From assembly GCA_951406725.2 (NCBI GenBank), contig OX597818.1, positions 85,808,001-85,872,000 on the forward strand: a DNA stretch of 64,000 nt. The letters run 5' to 3'. A program made the position numbers and the translations under genes. Of this stretch, positions 1 through 12,680 are shown piece after piece (the stretch's first letter is position 1; each line of letters begins with the position of its first letter). The notes below the pieces were generated by a model, which had not been told where the DNA came from, did no database searches, and was given only the letters and a program-made list of their open reading frames with translations. This DNA comes from Octopus vulgaris. Lineage: Eukaryota.

Positions 1-675
1 AATAAGTGAGCCATTATCATTAGTTTGCTCAAGTTTCTTTGCATCAGCTCTGCTAAGATCTGAACAACCATTATTACAAGATATATGAATTATCTCTGTT
101 ATCTAAAGACTTTATGTGGATTTATAAACCAGATAACTCCAAACATAGACTGTATTTAATTCAGAATCTCAGTACGAATGAATTTGTGGATTAAAAGCCT
201 GAGATAAAAGAGAGAGCATGAGATTATCTGTCACAATAATTTAATAAGTTTATGCTTAATCATTGTGGAGAGAGCCCTGATTCACTCACCCCCAAACCTC
301 GTTTCTTTTTTAAACTATTTTTCACATCTATTAGCATGTGTTGCATGATCATGTTCTTTATTTTTCTTGTTGGTACATTAGCTCTCTCTCTCTCTTTCTC
401 TGACTGCCCCACCCCTGTACATTTTGGATACTTTCGTGTATCTGCTCCCTCACATTGATACAGTAACACACACACATTAAACAAGTGTTATCCTACAAGT
501 AGTGGCTTTTGTTTCCAACCTGCATGCAAATATGTCCGGCCATGAGAAAATATTACCTTGCTTAGAAAATAGGTGAGGGTTGGCAACCGGAAAGGCATCC
601 AGCCACAGAAAATCTGCCTCAAAAATTCAATCAATTCCATCTTACCCATGCAAGCATGGAAATGTGGTCATGCGG

Positions 676-719
<44 letters not shown>

Positions 720-1285
720 GTATACTATGGCCATGCTGGGGCACTGCCTTGAAAAGTCTAGACAAACAAATCAACCCCAGTATTTGTTTTTTTTTTTTTG
801 AGTCTGGTACTTATTCTATCAGTCTTCTTTTGCTAAACTGCTGAGTTACAGCTACATATGCTAGCCAACACTGGTTCTCAAGCAGTGTGGAGACAAACAT
901 AATCACAAAGACACACACGTGTGTGTGTATATGTACATATATATATATACACCACAGCATTCCATATAGTTTCTGTCTACCGAATTAATTGAAAAAGTAT
1001 TGGTCAGACCTTGTGCAAGCTGCTGTGCTGCAAGATTGAACATGAAACCATGTGGTTGCAAAGTGAGCTTCTTAACCACACAACATGGACCTGATCTATT
1101 TATATACATAGACTTGATCTATTTACACATGTTGATCCTATCCTTTATGCTGTCTCCTTTTCTCACTCATACACTCTCATTCTCATTGTTCCCTCCCCCT
1201 TTCATACACACCAATTTTTGTTTAGACCCTCTCCTCCCCCACACATAATACTCCTTTCTCTCACCAAACACTCTACTATGTTTGA

Positions 1286-2100
1286 ATTATGCAATAGAAA
1301 CAACTCTAGAGTAAAATTTTTATATAACCTACTTACAATATGTGTGTCATTGAAATGCCAAAACTGCAGTTTCTGTCCAGAGAAAAATCCCTTTATAGAC
1401 ATAATGTGTTAAAAATAACAATATACTTCAGAGCCAAGTGAAATGAAATTTTCCAGAAGTGACCATGAGAGTGACAGATATGTATTTCACTGTTGTTGTG
1501 TCTGATCAATATCATGTACTCATGTCACTTCTGAAATGAAATCAAATCAGCATGACTGAAGTACACAGAGATAATGCATACACTATACATTAGTTTGCAA
1601 AAGTGCCACCCAAGCAGAATAAAATTCAAATTATGCAATAGAAGTAGTTTGGTGATAAAAACTTTATCCATATAATATACTTAATGTATGGTTGTCGTTA
1701 AAAAAGCCAGAAGCAGCAGGTTTTCAACCAGGAAAAATCAATTGTTTAAAAAAAAGCATTAAACTTTAAAGCAAGATACAGATTTTTCTCCTGAGCCACC
1801 ATTGCAAACCAGCTTGTAGTCTATATACTATTTCTGCATACTTCAGATTGGCTGATTCAATCTTGTTTCAGAAGTGACATGAGTATGTGCCATTGGACAA
1901 GCAACAACATTGGTGAATAGGGGATCATTCACTTAAGTAATCACTTCTAGGGTGATTTTGTTTCATCTAACTCTGAAGGATATTACATTTTTTTAACATA
2001 CTACATTTATCAAGGAATTTTTCCCAGATGAAAAACTGCAGCTTCTGGCTTTTCAATGATACACATACGTTGAGCATGTTACATAAATAAATATTATTCT
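1286..2100. repeat. Diverged ~300-bp inverted repeat (about 1310-1605 vs 1795-2090) plus a partial direct copy at 1628-1740
   Basis: tgtgtgtcattgaaatgccaaaactgcag pairs with ctgcagcttctggcttttcaatgatacaca; actcatgtcacttctgaaa pairs with tttcagaagtgacatgagt. Confidence 0.75.
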
Positions 2101-2452
2101 ACCATGTTCTTACATACAAACTGTATTTCTTTCTTTACTTTTCTTTTCAACTAGCTCTTCCAAAATCACTTTTGATGATTTTGCTATTTAAATAGCCTTG
2201 TGGTTTTTGTTGTGATATGTTGTGACTCTCTGATATATGTAATGTAACACCCTAAAAACTTCCAATTGACTTGTTGCCCAATCCTCCCCACTATTTTTAT
2301 TTACTTATTTATTTATTTGGCATGACGCTTTTCTCTCTGTACTATTCTCCACTCCATCACTGTCCCATGTATCTAAACCATCTCTAATTTTTGGCATATT
2401 TCAATTTTAATTAAAATGTTCCTTTTCTATTATTTCTATCTGGATTATATAG

Positions 2453-2546
2453 GTCAATGATGGCGCTTATATGGCACTTAGGAAGAAACAAACTCCTGTA
2501 AACACTGGACCCCCTCTACAAGAAAAACCAACCTTTTATAAATATG
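2453..2546 (+). CDS. PlexA: Plexin-A exon (end of Rho-binding domain): VNDGAYMALRKKQTPVNTGPPLQEKPTFYKY
   Basis: Acceptor ttatatag|GTC and donor TATG|gtaaga; phase 0 to 1. VNDGAYMAL matches the plexin V.DG..VAL motif. Confidence 0.85.
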
Positions 2547-2911
2547 GTAAGAAATCAAAGACTTCTCTCTCTCTCTCTCATTTATTTCTCTTTTGTCTTT
2601 TAGTTATTTCTGTCATTAGGTTGCAACAATGCTGGGGTACCACCTTGGAAGCTTTTAGTCAAACAAGTCTTATTTTGTTGTTCCCTTTTACTGAACTGCT
2701 AAGCTCATTGACTGTGACTGTCAAATGGTGGGGTAGGCTTTCACATAGTTTCTTTGGGTTTTCACACATTTTCTGTCTACAAGGCATTGTTTGGCCCAAG
2801 TCTACAGTAGAACTAACTTGCCCCTAGGTGCCATGCAGTGAGACTGAACCCAAAACCACATAGTTGCAAAGGGAGTTTCTTATCCACACAGCCATGTCTA
2901 TTTATATATAT

Positions 2912-3310
2912 CCTTTTATCTGTTTCAGTCATTTAACTGTGGCCATGCTGGAGCACCACCTTTAGTTGAACAAATTGACCCCTAGTAAAAAGCACCATCT
3001 GTTCGTGGCTGTTTGCCAGCTCTGTCTGGCACCTGTGCGGGTGGCACGTAAAAAGCACCCACTACACTCACGGAGTGGTTGGCGTTAGGAAGGGCATCCA
3101 GCCGTAGAAACACTGCCAGATCTGACTAGGCCTGATGAAGCCTTCTGGCTTCACAGACCCCAGTTGAACCGTCCAACCCATGCTAGCATGGAAAACGGAC
3201 GCTAAACGATGATGATGATGATGATGGGCTCTTTTGCTGAACCACTAAGTTACGGGATTTAAACATACCAACATTAGTTGTCAAGCAATGGTGGGGGACA
3301 CACACAAACG

Positions 3311-3350
<40 letters not shown>

Positions 3351-3510
3351 AGGCTTCTTTCAGTTTCCGTCTACCACATCCACTCACTAGGCTTTGATCG
3401 GCCCAAAGCTATAGTAGAAGACACTTGTCGAAGGTGCCACACAGTGGGACTGAACCCAGAACCATGTGGTTGGTAAGCAAGCTACTTACCACACAGCCAC
3501 TCCTGTGCCT
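2912..3510 (-). mobile_element. SINE-A (tRNA-derived head, internal TA/TG microsatellite), interrupted by an RTE 3' tail at about 2983-3226
   Basis: Reverse complement of the head GGCACAGGAGTGGCTGTGTGG...GGTTCAGTCCC (A/B-box-like) and of the tail GACTGAAACA. More degraded minus-strand copies at about 720-1090, 2590-2895, 4855-5200 and 35560-35960. Confidence 0.8.
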
Positions 3511-3958
3511 ATATATATATATATATTGATTTTCTCCATGTATTTTTAGTTTAAATATATGATATAATTTATTATTCTAGAGTCAGGCTAAGTGGCAGAG
3601 ACTGTCTGAATTAAAATTAGCCCATAGTAATGAGTGTCAGGGACAAAATTAACTTATGGTAATTCCTTGGGTGATTTAAAAAAAAAAATTTTTTTGCTGG
3701 GTGAAAAGTATATCTTATATATCATCAAAAGTAAGAGCTATAGCTAAGATACTTTTGTAACGTTTGCATCCACCATTATGTTGTGAGTTCAAATTCCGCT
3801 GAGGTTGATTTCACCTTACATCCTTTTGGAAATCAATAAAATGAGTATCAGTGAAGTACTTCCACAAAATTGCTGGGCTTGTGCCAAAATTTGAAACCAA
3901 TATTACATGCTTTAATGCACTAAAAATGTTTTACCCTGAATATATGCCACTGACATTG

Positions 3959-4237
3959 TTTGTTCCTATTTCGAGCCATGCTTGGCTTATAAGGGCCAGT
4001 TTCCTGGTTTCCTTGGCGTATAGGCTCCCCACCTGGACAGGACGCCAGTCTGTTGCAGGTGAGCTGCAAGATGCAGGAGGAAAGAATGAGAAGAAGTTTG
4101 CCATTACCTTCTGCCGGAGCCGTGTGGAGCTTAGGTGTTTTGCTCATAAACACACATATCACCCGGTCTGAGATTCAAGCCCACGATCCCTTGACTGCGA
4201 GTCCACTGCTCTAACCACTAGGCCATATGCCTCCACA
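3959..4237 (-). mobile_element. tRNA-derived SINE (SINE-E) with perfect 12-bp TSD
   Basis: TSD CCACTGACATTG at 3947-3958 and 4238-4249. The - strand head reads GGAGGCATATGGCCTAGTGGTTAGAGC with a B-box-like GGCTTGAATCTC. Confidence 0.85.
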
Positions 4238-4527
4238 CCACTGACATTGGAGTGCATTTAATATGCCCAAGTGCCTTTCATGCCATCAGATACAGTAAAT
4301 CTGAAATTTTGCAAGAGTTACAAAGCATTCTTTGATCGGCTAATGATATGTATGCCAGTGTAGCCACATGTGTCAACATTTTCTTCTCTTCACCCAACAT
4401 TGTTTTGAAAATCCATATCTTTTATTTATGTCATTATATCTTTTCTTTTATCTTTTATTCTGACCAGTCAGCAATACTTTTTTTTATAATTGTTTACTTT
4501 TACATTTTCCAGAACGTTTAATTTCAG

Positions 4528-4625
4528 AAAATTCTCTCTACACCCGTAGCCCATCTTTAGGTCGTACTGTCAATTCTAGTGGTATACCTAATGATGGAGA
4601 AAACAATATACGCAAATATCATTTG
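4528..4625 (+). CDS. PlexA: Plexin-A exon: (E)NSLYTRSPSLGRTVNSSGIPNDGENNIRKYHL; alternative in-frame acceptor at 4513
   Basis: tttcag|AAAAT ... CATTTG|gtgagt; phase 1 to 0. It ends in the conserved (W/Y)HL that precedes VK in the next exon. Confidence 0.85.
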
Positions 4626-5639
4626 GTGAGTAACTCTCATTGCCTTTACTTTTATACTCATGTACAAAACCCCCTTCATTTTGAGCCCCAATCTGATGTA
4701 ACTCTAAAGTAATTTCTCTTCTGTAAATCATTTTCTTCAATGTTTAAGCTCTAACTCTAACAGCATCAGAGCTAAGTATATTCAGTTCCGTACATGTGGA
4801 CTTGCGACACAAGAACTGGGTTAACTCATTTTCTATAAATGAATGGGAAAATTTACCTTTTAATTTTCACTTATTTCAGTCATTGGACTTTGGCCATGCT
4901 GGAGCACTGCCTTGCAGGGTTTAGTAAAAAAAATTATCACAGTACTTAATTGTAAATCTAGTACTTATTCTGTTGGTCTCTTTTGCTGAACCACTAAGTT
5001 ACGGGAATGTAAACTTAACAACACTAGGTGTCAAATGATGGGTATGTGAATAAACACAGACACACACACACACAACCAATTCCACTCATAAGGCTTTAGT
5101 CAGCCAAGCTCTATGTAGAAGATACATGCCTAAGGTGCCACACAGTGGGACTTGAACCCAAGACTACATGCTTAAGAAACAAGGTTCTCAAACCCAAAGC
5201 TCTCATATTTCAGAATTCTCCACAATTCATACGATGTCATACACACATTTTATTTTTACTGGCCAATAGAAAGAGGTTGTAAGAACTGATTTGCATGTAT
5301 TTATTATGTTACCTCACCAGCTAAAATTTAATCAGTACTAGAAAGGTTGACAGGGTTTCACACCTTACAAATGCAATACTTAAAGTTCATACCTTTAACT
5401 TGCAATCTCTTCATGTTCTTGTATTTAACAAAAAGCATGAGGCCCTAATAGCAGTTCAATGAAAACCTGAAAGAAAATTTACTGAAATAACTACCAAAAA
5501 TGTTGCACAACTAAATACAATAATAATGCAGAAAAAAAAAGGCATTGGTGTGTGCAGATAAATTTTATTCCGTATAAATTTTAAAAATCAACTCATAAAT
5601 AAATGAAACCCTCATATCCATCACTGTACACACACACAC

Positions 5640-5837
5640 AGAGTCACATATCTGTGTATGTATTTATGTATCTTTGAAGATAATCAAACCAAATTTTCAT
5701 CATTTCAAGCCACTTGCCCAATTAGTTTTTCTGCCAAATTTGGTGATAATTTATTCAGCTGCTTTCCAGTAATTTTGCAAACACACAGACAAAGATGAAC
5801 GCCTACAATACCCTGCTTTCGCTTACGCACACAGGGT

Positions 5838-5842
<5 letters not shown>
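5640..5842. mobile_element. Helentron/DINE-1-like non-autonomous element end
   Basis: Terminal hairpin AATACCCTG...CAGGGTATT preceded by ACACACAGAC and CCAAATTTGGTG, the usual layout of HINE/DINE-type elements. Confidence 0.45.
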
Positions 5843-5884
<42 letters not shown>

Positions 5885-5886
<2 letters not shown>

Positions 5887-6240
5887 CCCCTGATGTAGTA
5901 CCAGGCAGTCACTCTTATGATTTCTGATCTTAACTGATTGCAAGTATTAGCAGGTACATGTTTTGTCTTAGTGTAAAAGATGGGATACAGCAAATATTCT
6001 GCTCAATATCACAGATTTGCTTGTCAGTTGCTCGACCTTAACCAGTTGAGCATGTCCTTTACTAGCTGACAATATGTGCATTTCTGATCATGAGTAGGGG
6101 TAGTGGAGACACATCATAATCATGTGTGGAGAGGGATTTTTGGGGGTTTGAAAAATTCACACCTGGAAACATGAGTAATTCGTTCATCATCCTTAAACAA
6201 CATTTATTCAAGGACCTTTTGGGATGGGCTACTCAACCAT
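5885..6240. mobile_element. Unclassified interspersed repeat (second copy at 44483-44970)
   Basis: Near-identical block caaatattctgctc...acagatttgcttgtcagttg...gatgggctactcaacca occurs at both sites; both are associated with (AAT)n. Confidence 0.75.
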
Positions 6241-7865
6241 AATATATTGCCATTTCTGTTGTAACAGTGTAGCCTCAGCTTGTTCAGTTAGAGAAAACCC
6301 ATGAAGCAGAGCAATCAAACCAATGAAATGAGAAAGTCACCATTTTCAGATATTTCTATCTTTACTTAATTGAAGTTAATTTCTCATTTAACCCTTTGAT
6401 TGCTCTGTCTATGCTTATTTGTTCACATCGTTTTGAATTAATCATACATTATCTCATTGCTTTGAGATTTCAACGATGTTGTTGTTTATTTTCAGATGAT
6501 ATTTTAGAATAGGTATGAGAGGCTAGATGTGGCCAGTTTGAAGCAGATGGAATATTAGAGCTGGATATTGTCAGTTTGACCGAAATTTAATGGCAGCATT
6601 TAAAAGATTACATAGATCCTTTTATAGTTGAAAACATCATCAGCTACAGAGAGGACTCCCCACCCTCATTAAATGAAAATATTTCAAAGCAGACATTGGT
6701 GTGCAACACAGTCCTCTTGGCTTCTTGGATCCTGTCAAACTATCCAATCCATGCCAGTTAGAAAGATAGAATATAAAGTAATCATTATCCATTCCTGAGT
6801 AGATAAAATAAATATTGATTAAGTACTGGAGTCAATGCAGTCGATTACATCCTTCTTCAAAATATCTGGTCTAGTGCTGTCTTTATGCTCTGAACTCAAA
6901 TTCTACTGAGGTTGACTTTGCGTTGAATCCTTTTGGGAGTCAATGAAATAAGCACCAGTTGAGCACTGGTGTCAGTATAATTGACTAGCTCCCTCCTCCA
7001 AAATTTCAGGCCTTGAGCTTATTGTAGAAAGAATTACTTTTGTAAGCTGGCAGAATTAGTAGAGCATCAGGAACAAAATGTGTCAGCCCATAACATTCTG
7101 AGATCAGATCTCAGCAAGGTTGACTTTTTCATCCTTTTTAGGATCAGTAAAACCAAAATGCTAGTCTGGTATAGGAGTCAGTGATATTGAACAACCCCTA
7201 CCCTTGTGTCTAAATCAAAAACCCAAAACAATAAGGTGACAGAATTCTTAGAATATTGGACAAAATGCCTTCTAGTAGTTCTTCCTCTCTCTTTACATTC
7301 GGAACTCAAATTATACTTATGACAACTTTGCCTTTGATAAAATAAAGTACCAGTCTAGTGTTTCCTATCACCAAGAATATGTTAGAAGAGATTTACCCAA
7401 CGTGTTCCTCAGTAGGAGCAAGCCAAAAATATGTAGTTGCAAAGAGTACTTCTTCACCCTTTAACATTTAAACTAGCATTTTAATCCAGCCTGAATATTT
7501 TGTCTGTTTTATGTTCAAACCAGCCAGGCCCAGCCTCTCACACTTACCCAACAATATCATTCTAAAAGTAAACAATCATCAAAATCTCAAAGTTACATGT
7601 TAATGCATGATTAATTAAAAACATTATGAATAAATAAGAATTAAATTCAACAGAGAAATCTGAATGCTAACAGGTTAAGCACACATCTATGACTGCAATC
7701 ATAGGCTTGTTATATTTGTTAACTTGTTTTCTCTTTTAATGTTAGTGATGCCAACACCAAGGAATACCCAATATTTCTCTTTGGGTAACATGTGTATTTG
7801 TAACTATGATGGTTTTGTTGTTTAAATGCTGGTTTCTATATCCATTCCTCTTTATAAATTCTCAG

Positions 7866-7958
7866 GTAAAACAACATGATTCACCAACACATAGAGAGGG
7901 AGATCGAGGAAGCAAAATGGTCAGTGAAATTTATCTCACAAGACTGCTAACAACTAAG
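7866..7958 (+). CDS. PlexA: Plexin-A exon: [31 protein letters not shown]
   Basis: ttctcag|GTA ... AAG|gtaggt; 93 nt, phase 0/0; plexin-A signature sequence. Confidence 0.96.
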
Positions 7959-8510
7959 GTAGGTTGCTATCATCATTGTTATTGTTATTATTGTGATAAT
8001 TTTTGTAGGCAGCAAGCTGACAGAATCATTAGCATCTTGGGCAAAATGCTAAGCAGCATTTTGTCCATCTTTACATTTTGAGTTCAAATTCCACCAAGGT
8101 TAACTTTACTTTTCATCCTTTCATGGTCAATTAAAATAAGTACCAGTTGAGCACTGGGGTCAATGTAATCAACTAAGCCCCCTACCACAAAAAAATTTCA
8201 GGTCTTGTGTTTATAGTAGAAAGGACTATCACCATATTTCCTGACATCCATATTGACATAGTATAAACATTCAAACATTGTCACTATCTTTTCAAATCCT
8301 GCTGGTCCAGGCACCATGGCCTTCAGTAAATTATCCTATAGAAACCTTGTTTTTTTGTTACCATTTTATTATTATTTAATTCCGCCAGAACTGACTTTGT
8401 CTTTCATCCTTTCAGGTTCAATAAATTAAGTACCAGGGAAACACTGTAGGTCAGTGTGATTGACTAGTCCTCTCCCCACAAATTTCAGGCCTTGTGCCTT
8501 TAGAAAGGAT

Positions 8511-8882
8511 TATTACCTCTGCTTTAGCTAAGGCAGAGGTATTGTTTTCAGTCATGTTTGTTTGTTTGTCCATAGACAAGATATCTCAAGAACAGCTGGA
8601 TGGAAACAGATGAAATTTTCAGGGATGTTTAGTCTCATGACTAGCATAAACTGATTAGATTTTGGGATTAATCTGGTACTGGACAAGGATTCTGGATTAT
8701 TTTTCCGTTTTTTTTTTTTCTTTGTTTTTTTTACTTAACTTTTGGGAGCAGTCGGGGTCATTTTTAGTATTTTCGTTTGTGAGAGCAGTCTAGTTTATTT
8801 CAGATATTCTCGTTTTTAAAAAAATCATCTCTGGCTAATTGTTGAGAAGTTGTTGGTGTTACCTTGGAGGAGGTTTGCACTC
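8511..8882. mobile_element. Helentron-associated (HINE-like) element
   Basis: Starts TTATTACCTCTGC...GCAGAGGTA (hairpin) followed by (GTTT)n, and ends CCTTGGAGGAGGTTTGCACTC, an asymmetric subterminal inverted-repeat layout. Confidence 0.55.
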
Positions 8883-8925
<43 letters not shown>

Positions 8926-9931
8926 CATTATTATTATTATCAGGCAGTAAACTAGAACATTCATTAGCATACCAAACAGAATGCGGCATTTCCTCTGGCT
9001 CCTTACATTCAAATTCCAACACAGTCACCTTTTCCTTTCATCCTCCCAGGGTTGATGAAACAAGTACCAGTTGAGCACTGAGGGCCAGTTTAACTGACTA
9101 GGCCCCCTCCCCTCAAAATTTCAGCGCCTGTAGTAAAAATTATTATTATTCTAAATCTTTATCACTTCTTTCCTTTTATCAAAGGTTTCTAGTTGCCTTT
9201 CTTGAAACCTCTGACTGTTTGATGACTCTTTCAGCTTCTATATCTTTCTTAAATACACATGAATGTGTATGTAATAGTTCAGACTTCTCCCACAAACTAT
9301 TGGTATTATATTCTGATTATAGGTTGAAATGTGTATCTATAATTATAGTTTCCACCTGGTTTTGTTACCAAAATATAGTAGTAAGAGTAAAAAACACAGT
9401 AATTTAGTGAATTTTATTGTGTGACACAGTACAGATGTTGATGTCTGACTATTAATAACGGCAACAGATTCCATAGAGAGAAAGAGGTTACACATTTATT
9501 AAAGGAATACATACAACAAAAACTATGAAATACTGATATATATATGTGTGTATGTGTGTGTATATACACACATACACACACACATATATAAAATCATAAA
9601 TTTATTTGTATACATGGATATATGTAGAGGTATACATTTGCATTATGTGTATGTATGTCTAAGTTTATGTAGTCACTGAATATGTGTACATATATGTATA
9701 TAGTAAGGGTGTGTGGTCTAGCAGTTAGGGTGTTGCACTCACAATTGCAAGATCATGGTTTCCATTCACAGACAAGTAGTGCATTGTGTTTTTGAACAAA
9801 AGGCATCATTTTACATTGCTCTTGTTTACTCAGTTGTGAATGGGTAACCTTGCAATGGACTGATCTTCAATTCAGAAAGAATGTGTTGTTGTGCCCTCAT
9901 AGCCAGCTACAACAGTGCAAGAAAGTGCTTC

Positions 9932-10357
9932 ATAATAATAATAATGGTTTAAAATTTTGGTACAAGGCCAGCAATTTGGACGGAAGGGTCAAGTTGATTG
10001 CATCAAGCCATTGTTCAGCTGGTACTTATTTTATCAACACCAAAAGGGTGAAAGGCTAAGTTGATCTCAGCAGCATTTGAACTTTGAATGTAAAGTTGGG
10101 AGAAATGTTGCTCAGCATTTTTCCTGGTGTGATAACAATTCTGCCAGCTTACCACCTTAGATGATAATAATAATAATCCTTTCTACTAAAGGCACAAGGC
10201 CTGAAATTTGGGTGGAGGGAACTAATCAATTACATTGACTCCAGGATGAAAGGTAAAAATCAACCTCAGCAGAAATTGAACCTAGAACATAAAGATGGAT
10301 GAAATGCTGCTAAGCATTTTACCCAGCATGCTAATAATTTTACCAGTTCACTGCTTT
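9932..10357 (-). mobile_element. Two antisense SINE-B copies (9932-10158, 10165-10357) just upstream of the 10418 exon
   Basis: Reverse complement of the SINE-B consensus: ctggtactta...aaagggtgaaaggctaagttgatctc...ttctgccagcttaccacctt. Confidence 0.85.
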
Positions 10358-10417
10358 AAATGATGGTAATGATAGAAAAAATTTATATCTAATTTTGTCG
10401 TTTGTTTATGATTTCAG

Positions 10418-10584
10418 GGTACTCTTCAACAATATGTTGATGATTTGTTTGAACGAATATTTAGTACCACCCATCGCGGTCAAGTATTACCCCTGGCCAT
10501 AAAATATATTTTTGACTTCCTTGATGAGCAAGCCCAGCTCCATAACATTGAGCCTGAAGTTGTACACACATGGAAATCCAACAG
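10418..10584 (+). CDS. PlexA: Plexin-A exon: [55 protein letters not shown](S)
   Basis: atttcag|GGT ... AACAG|gtaagt; 167 nt, phase 0 to 2; conserved plexin GAP segment. Not in the ORF track. Confidence 0.96.
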
Positions 10585-11510
10585 GTAAGTCAAGACAATA
10601 ACTTTTACAATCATTAGCAACAAATTGGGCTGGCACTGGGGCCCACCAGGTAGTCAGTCAAAAGGTTAGATAAAAGCAAACTGCTTTGCAGTGATGCATT
10701 CATAATCATTGTCATTCAACATCCCCATTTTAGTGTTTTTATCAGTATGATAGAATTTGCTGAGGCAGTTTTCTATGACCATATGCCCATCATGTTGCCA
10801 ATCTTCACTTGTTTCCGAGCAAGGTAATACTCCCCCATAGCCAGATATATTTTTCATGAAAGACTGGAAACAAACAACATTACACAGGATTGGCACAAGA
10901 CTTATAGAATGACTTGTATTGAAAGAGACTGAGGAATTAAATTGTCTGAGAAGGGATCAGCAAAGTGATCAATACTGACCCCTAAGAGGTCTATGTGGCT
11001 ATCCAAGTGGTCAATAAACGTTATATATTCCAACTATATCAGTATAATATGAGTGGATTTTTATTGTTCTTATCAATTTTTGTTATGTATTTTCATTAAA
11101 TTTCTTGAAATATTTTTTACTAAACTGTGATAATGATACAAAAGAATGTAGAAAACATTGCTTTTAAACCAAAAATTTTCTTATTGATTATACATTGTTA
11201 TTTTTTGTTAGGAATTTACATGATGGTGGAGGGTCAATAAGTTATCTATTTTGAGACTTGTTTCCTCCTTCAGTGTGTTGATCTTGACTGCTTGGGAGCA
11301 AGAGCTTCTCCACTAGGCTCTATTCAGTGCTTCTAATTTTACCTGTCTTCAGGTTTATCTTGCAGGCATAACAAAATATTGTTTGTCCCAAAGACCTATA
11401 CAAATGCAAAGAATATAAATACTGATTTAACACATTTTCATTTGAAGTTTAATTTTTCTATTTGAACTTGTTTTATTTAATTCTATCCTTCTGATGCATT
11501 CTCTTTGCAG

Positions 11511-11723
11511 CCTTCCTTTGCGATTCTGGGTAAATATTATAAAAAATCCCAACTTTGTCTTCGATATCCACAAATCTCATATCGTCGACTCCTGCCTATC
11601 GGTGACTGCCCAGACGTTCATGGACAGCTGTTCAATGAGTGAGCACCGGTTAGGAAAAGATTCTCCTTCCAGCAAGCTGCTATACGCCAAAGATATTCCT
11701 AAATATAAGGCATGGGTAGATCG
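11511..11723 (+). CDS. PlexA: Plexin-A exon: (S)[70 protein letters not shown](R)
   Basis: ctttgcag|C ... GATCG|gtaagt; 213 nt, phase 2/2; carries the LRFW catalytic arginine of the plexin RapGAP domain. Confidence 0.97.
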
Positions 11724-12159
11724 GTAAGTGAAATATTAATCTATTTTCATTCAAATTTGTTATATATCGTTGTTGTTGTTGTCAACCATATAGCTAACCA
11801 GATGACACAACCTACAGATCCAGTTTCTCTTTAATCAGATACTACATTGTACACTCATTCCACTTGGATAAAAAACATTTTGGCATGGCTGTTTTGGTAC
11901 CACTTTTTTGGCATTGCTGATCCAATGCGGACTTATTTGATATCAGACCTTTTAATGTTTCTCTCATTCTCTCTCTCTCTCTTTCTCTCTGTGTCTCTTT
12001 GACATGCTCTCCCTTTCAGTAGGTGTATATTTCTGGGTGTGCATACACGTGTGTGTGTATACTTCTTGTGCCAAAAAGTACTGTCACCAAAGCAGGTTGA
12101 ATGTCCAGTCAGCAACACCAAATTATCATCTAAATAGCTGCACCCAATTAACTAATAAA

Positions 12160-12680
12160 ACACTTAGAAATGAACCATATATTCAGTATTCTGGATAAAC
12201 AAAGGTGTCTGTCATGCAGCTATAAGCTTCACAGAGATCAGTACTATGATTAAGTTTGTGTTTATGATTGCGTTATGCAAAATTTATAACCTAAAACATG
12301 TCCCTTACCCACTTTTTGTCATAAGCATCAAATAGAACTTCCCAGGATCTAAAACCAGGTGAAGGTTCTTTCAGTTTCCTTTTTCAAAATGTCTTGAAAT
12401 ATTAGTAGTTCTAGTCCTTCATGAGAAAACTCATGGCACAGAATTGACCAATGAAATTCTAGGAAATAAACCACATTCTGTATAATGGATAAACAAGGGT
12501 GTCTGATGTGTCAAATTAGGCTTAATGAAGATCTGCATTTTGATTAACTGTTTAGTCTTGGTTATTTTATCTTATTTATAACTTAAAACATAATCTTTTG
12601 TCCCATTTTCCCTTCTGTCATAAGCACCAAACAGAACTTCCCAGAATCCAAAACCAGCTGAGGGCTCTTTCAGCCTCCAT
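12160..12680. repeat. Diverged direct duplication, ~300-bp period
   Basis: tggataaacaa(a/g)ggtgtctg and tgtcataagca(t/c)caaa(t/c)agaacttcccag...aaaaccag each occur twice, about 295-300 bp apart. Confidence 0.7.

Larger units (their letters stand above)
6790..9150 (+). mobile_element. Cluster of sense-oriented SINE-B copies (about 6790-7375, 8006-8230, 8378-8513, 8943-9150) around the 7866 exon
   Basis: Recurring GAGTTCAAATTCC (B-box-like), GACTTTGCCTTTCATCCTTT..GGTC.ATAAA.TAAGTACCAG core and AAATTTCAGGCCTTGTG tail. Confidence 0.8.

Noticed and set aside
3125-3160. CTGATGA followed by a hairpin, as a hammerhead
   Set aside because: No GAAA/UH box follows. Other copies of this RTE tail read CTGGTGC, so it is a chance match.
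4150-4237. tRNA genes at SINE heads (also 40851, 46261)
   Set aside because: A/B-box-like motifs are present, but no complete cloverleaf is evident and the sequence continues into SINE bodies, here with a TSD.
7860-7872. Recursive splice site (cag|GTAAAA)
   Set aside because: The GT is the Val codon of the conserved HLVK motif and the exon is needed for the protein; no independent support.
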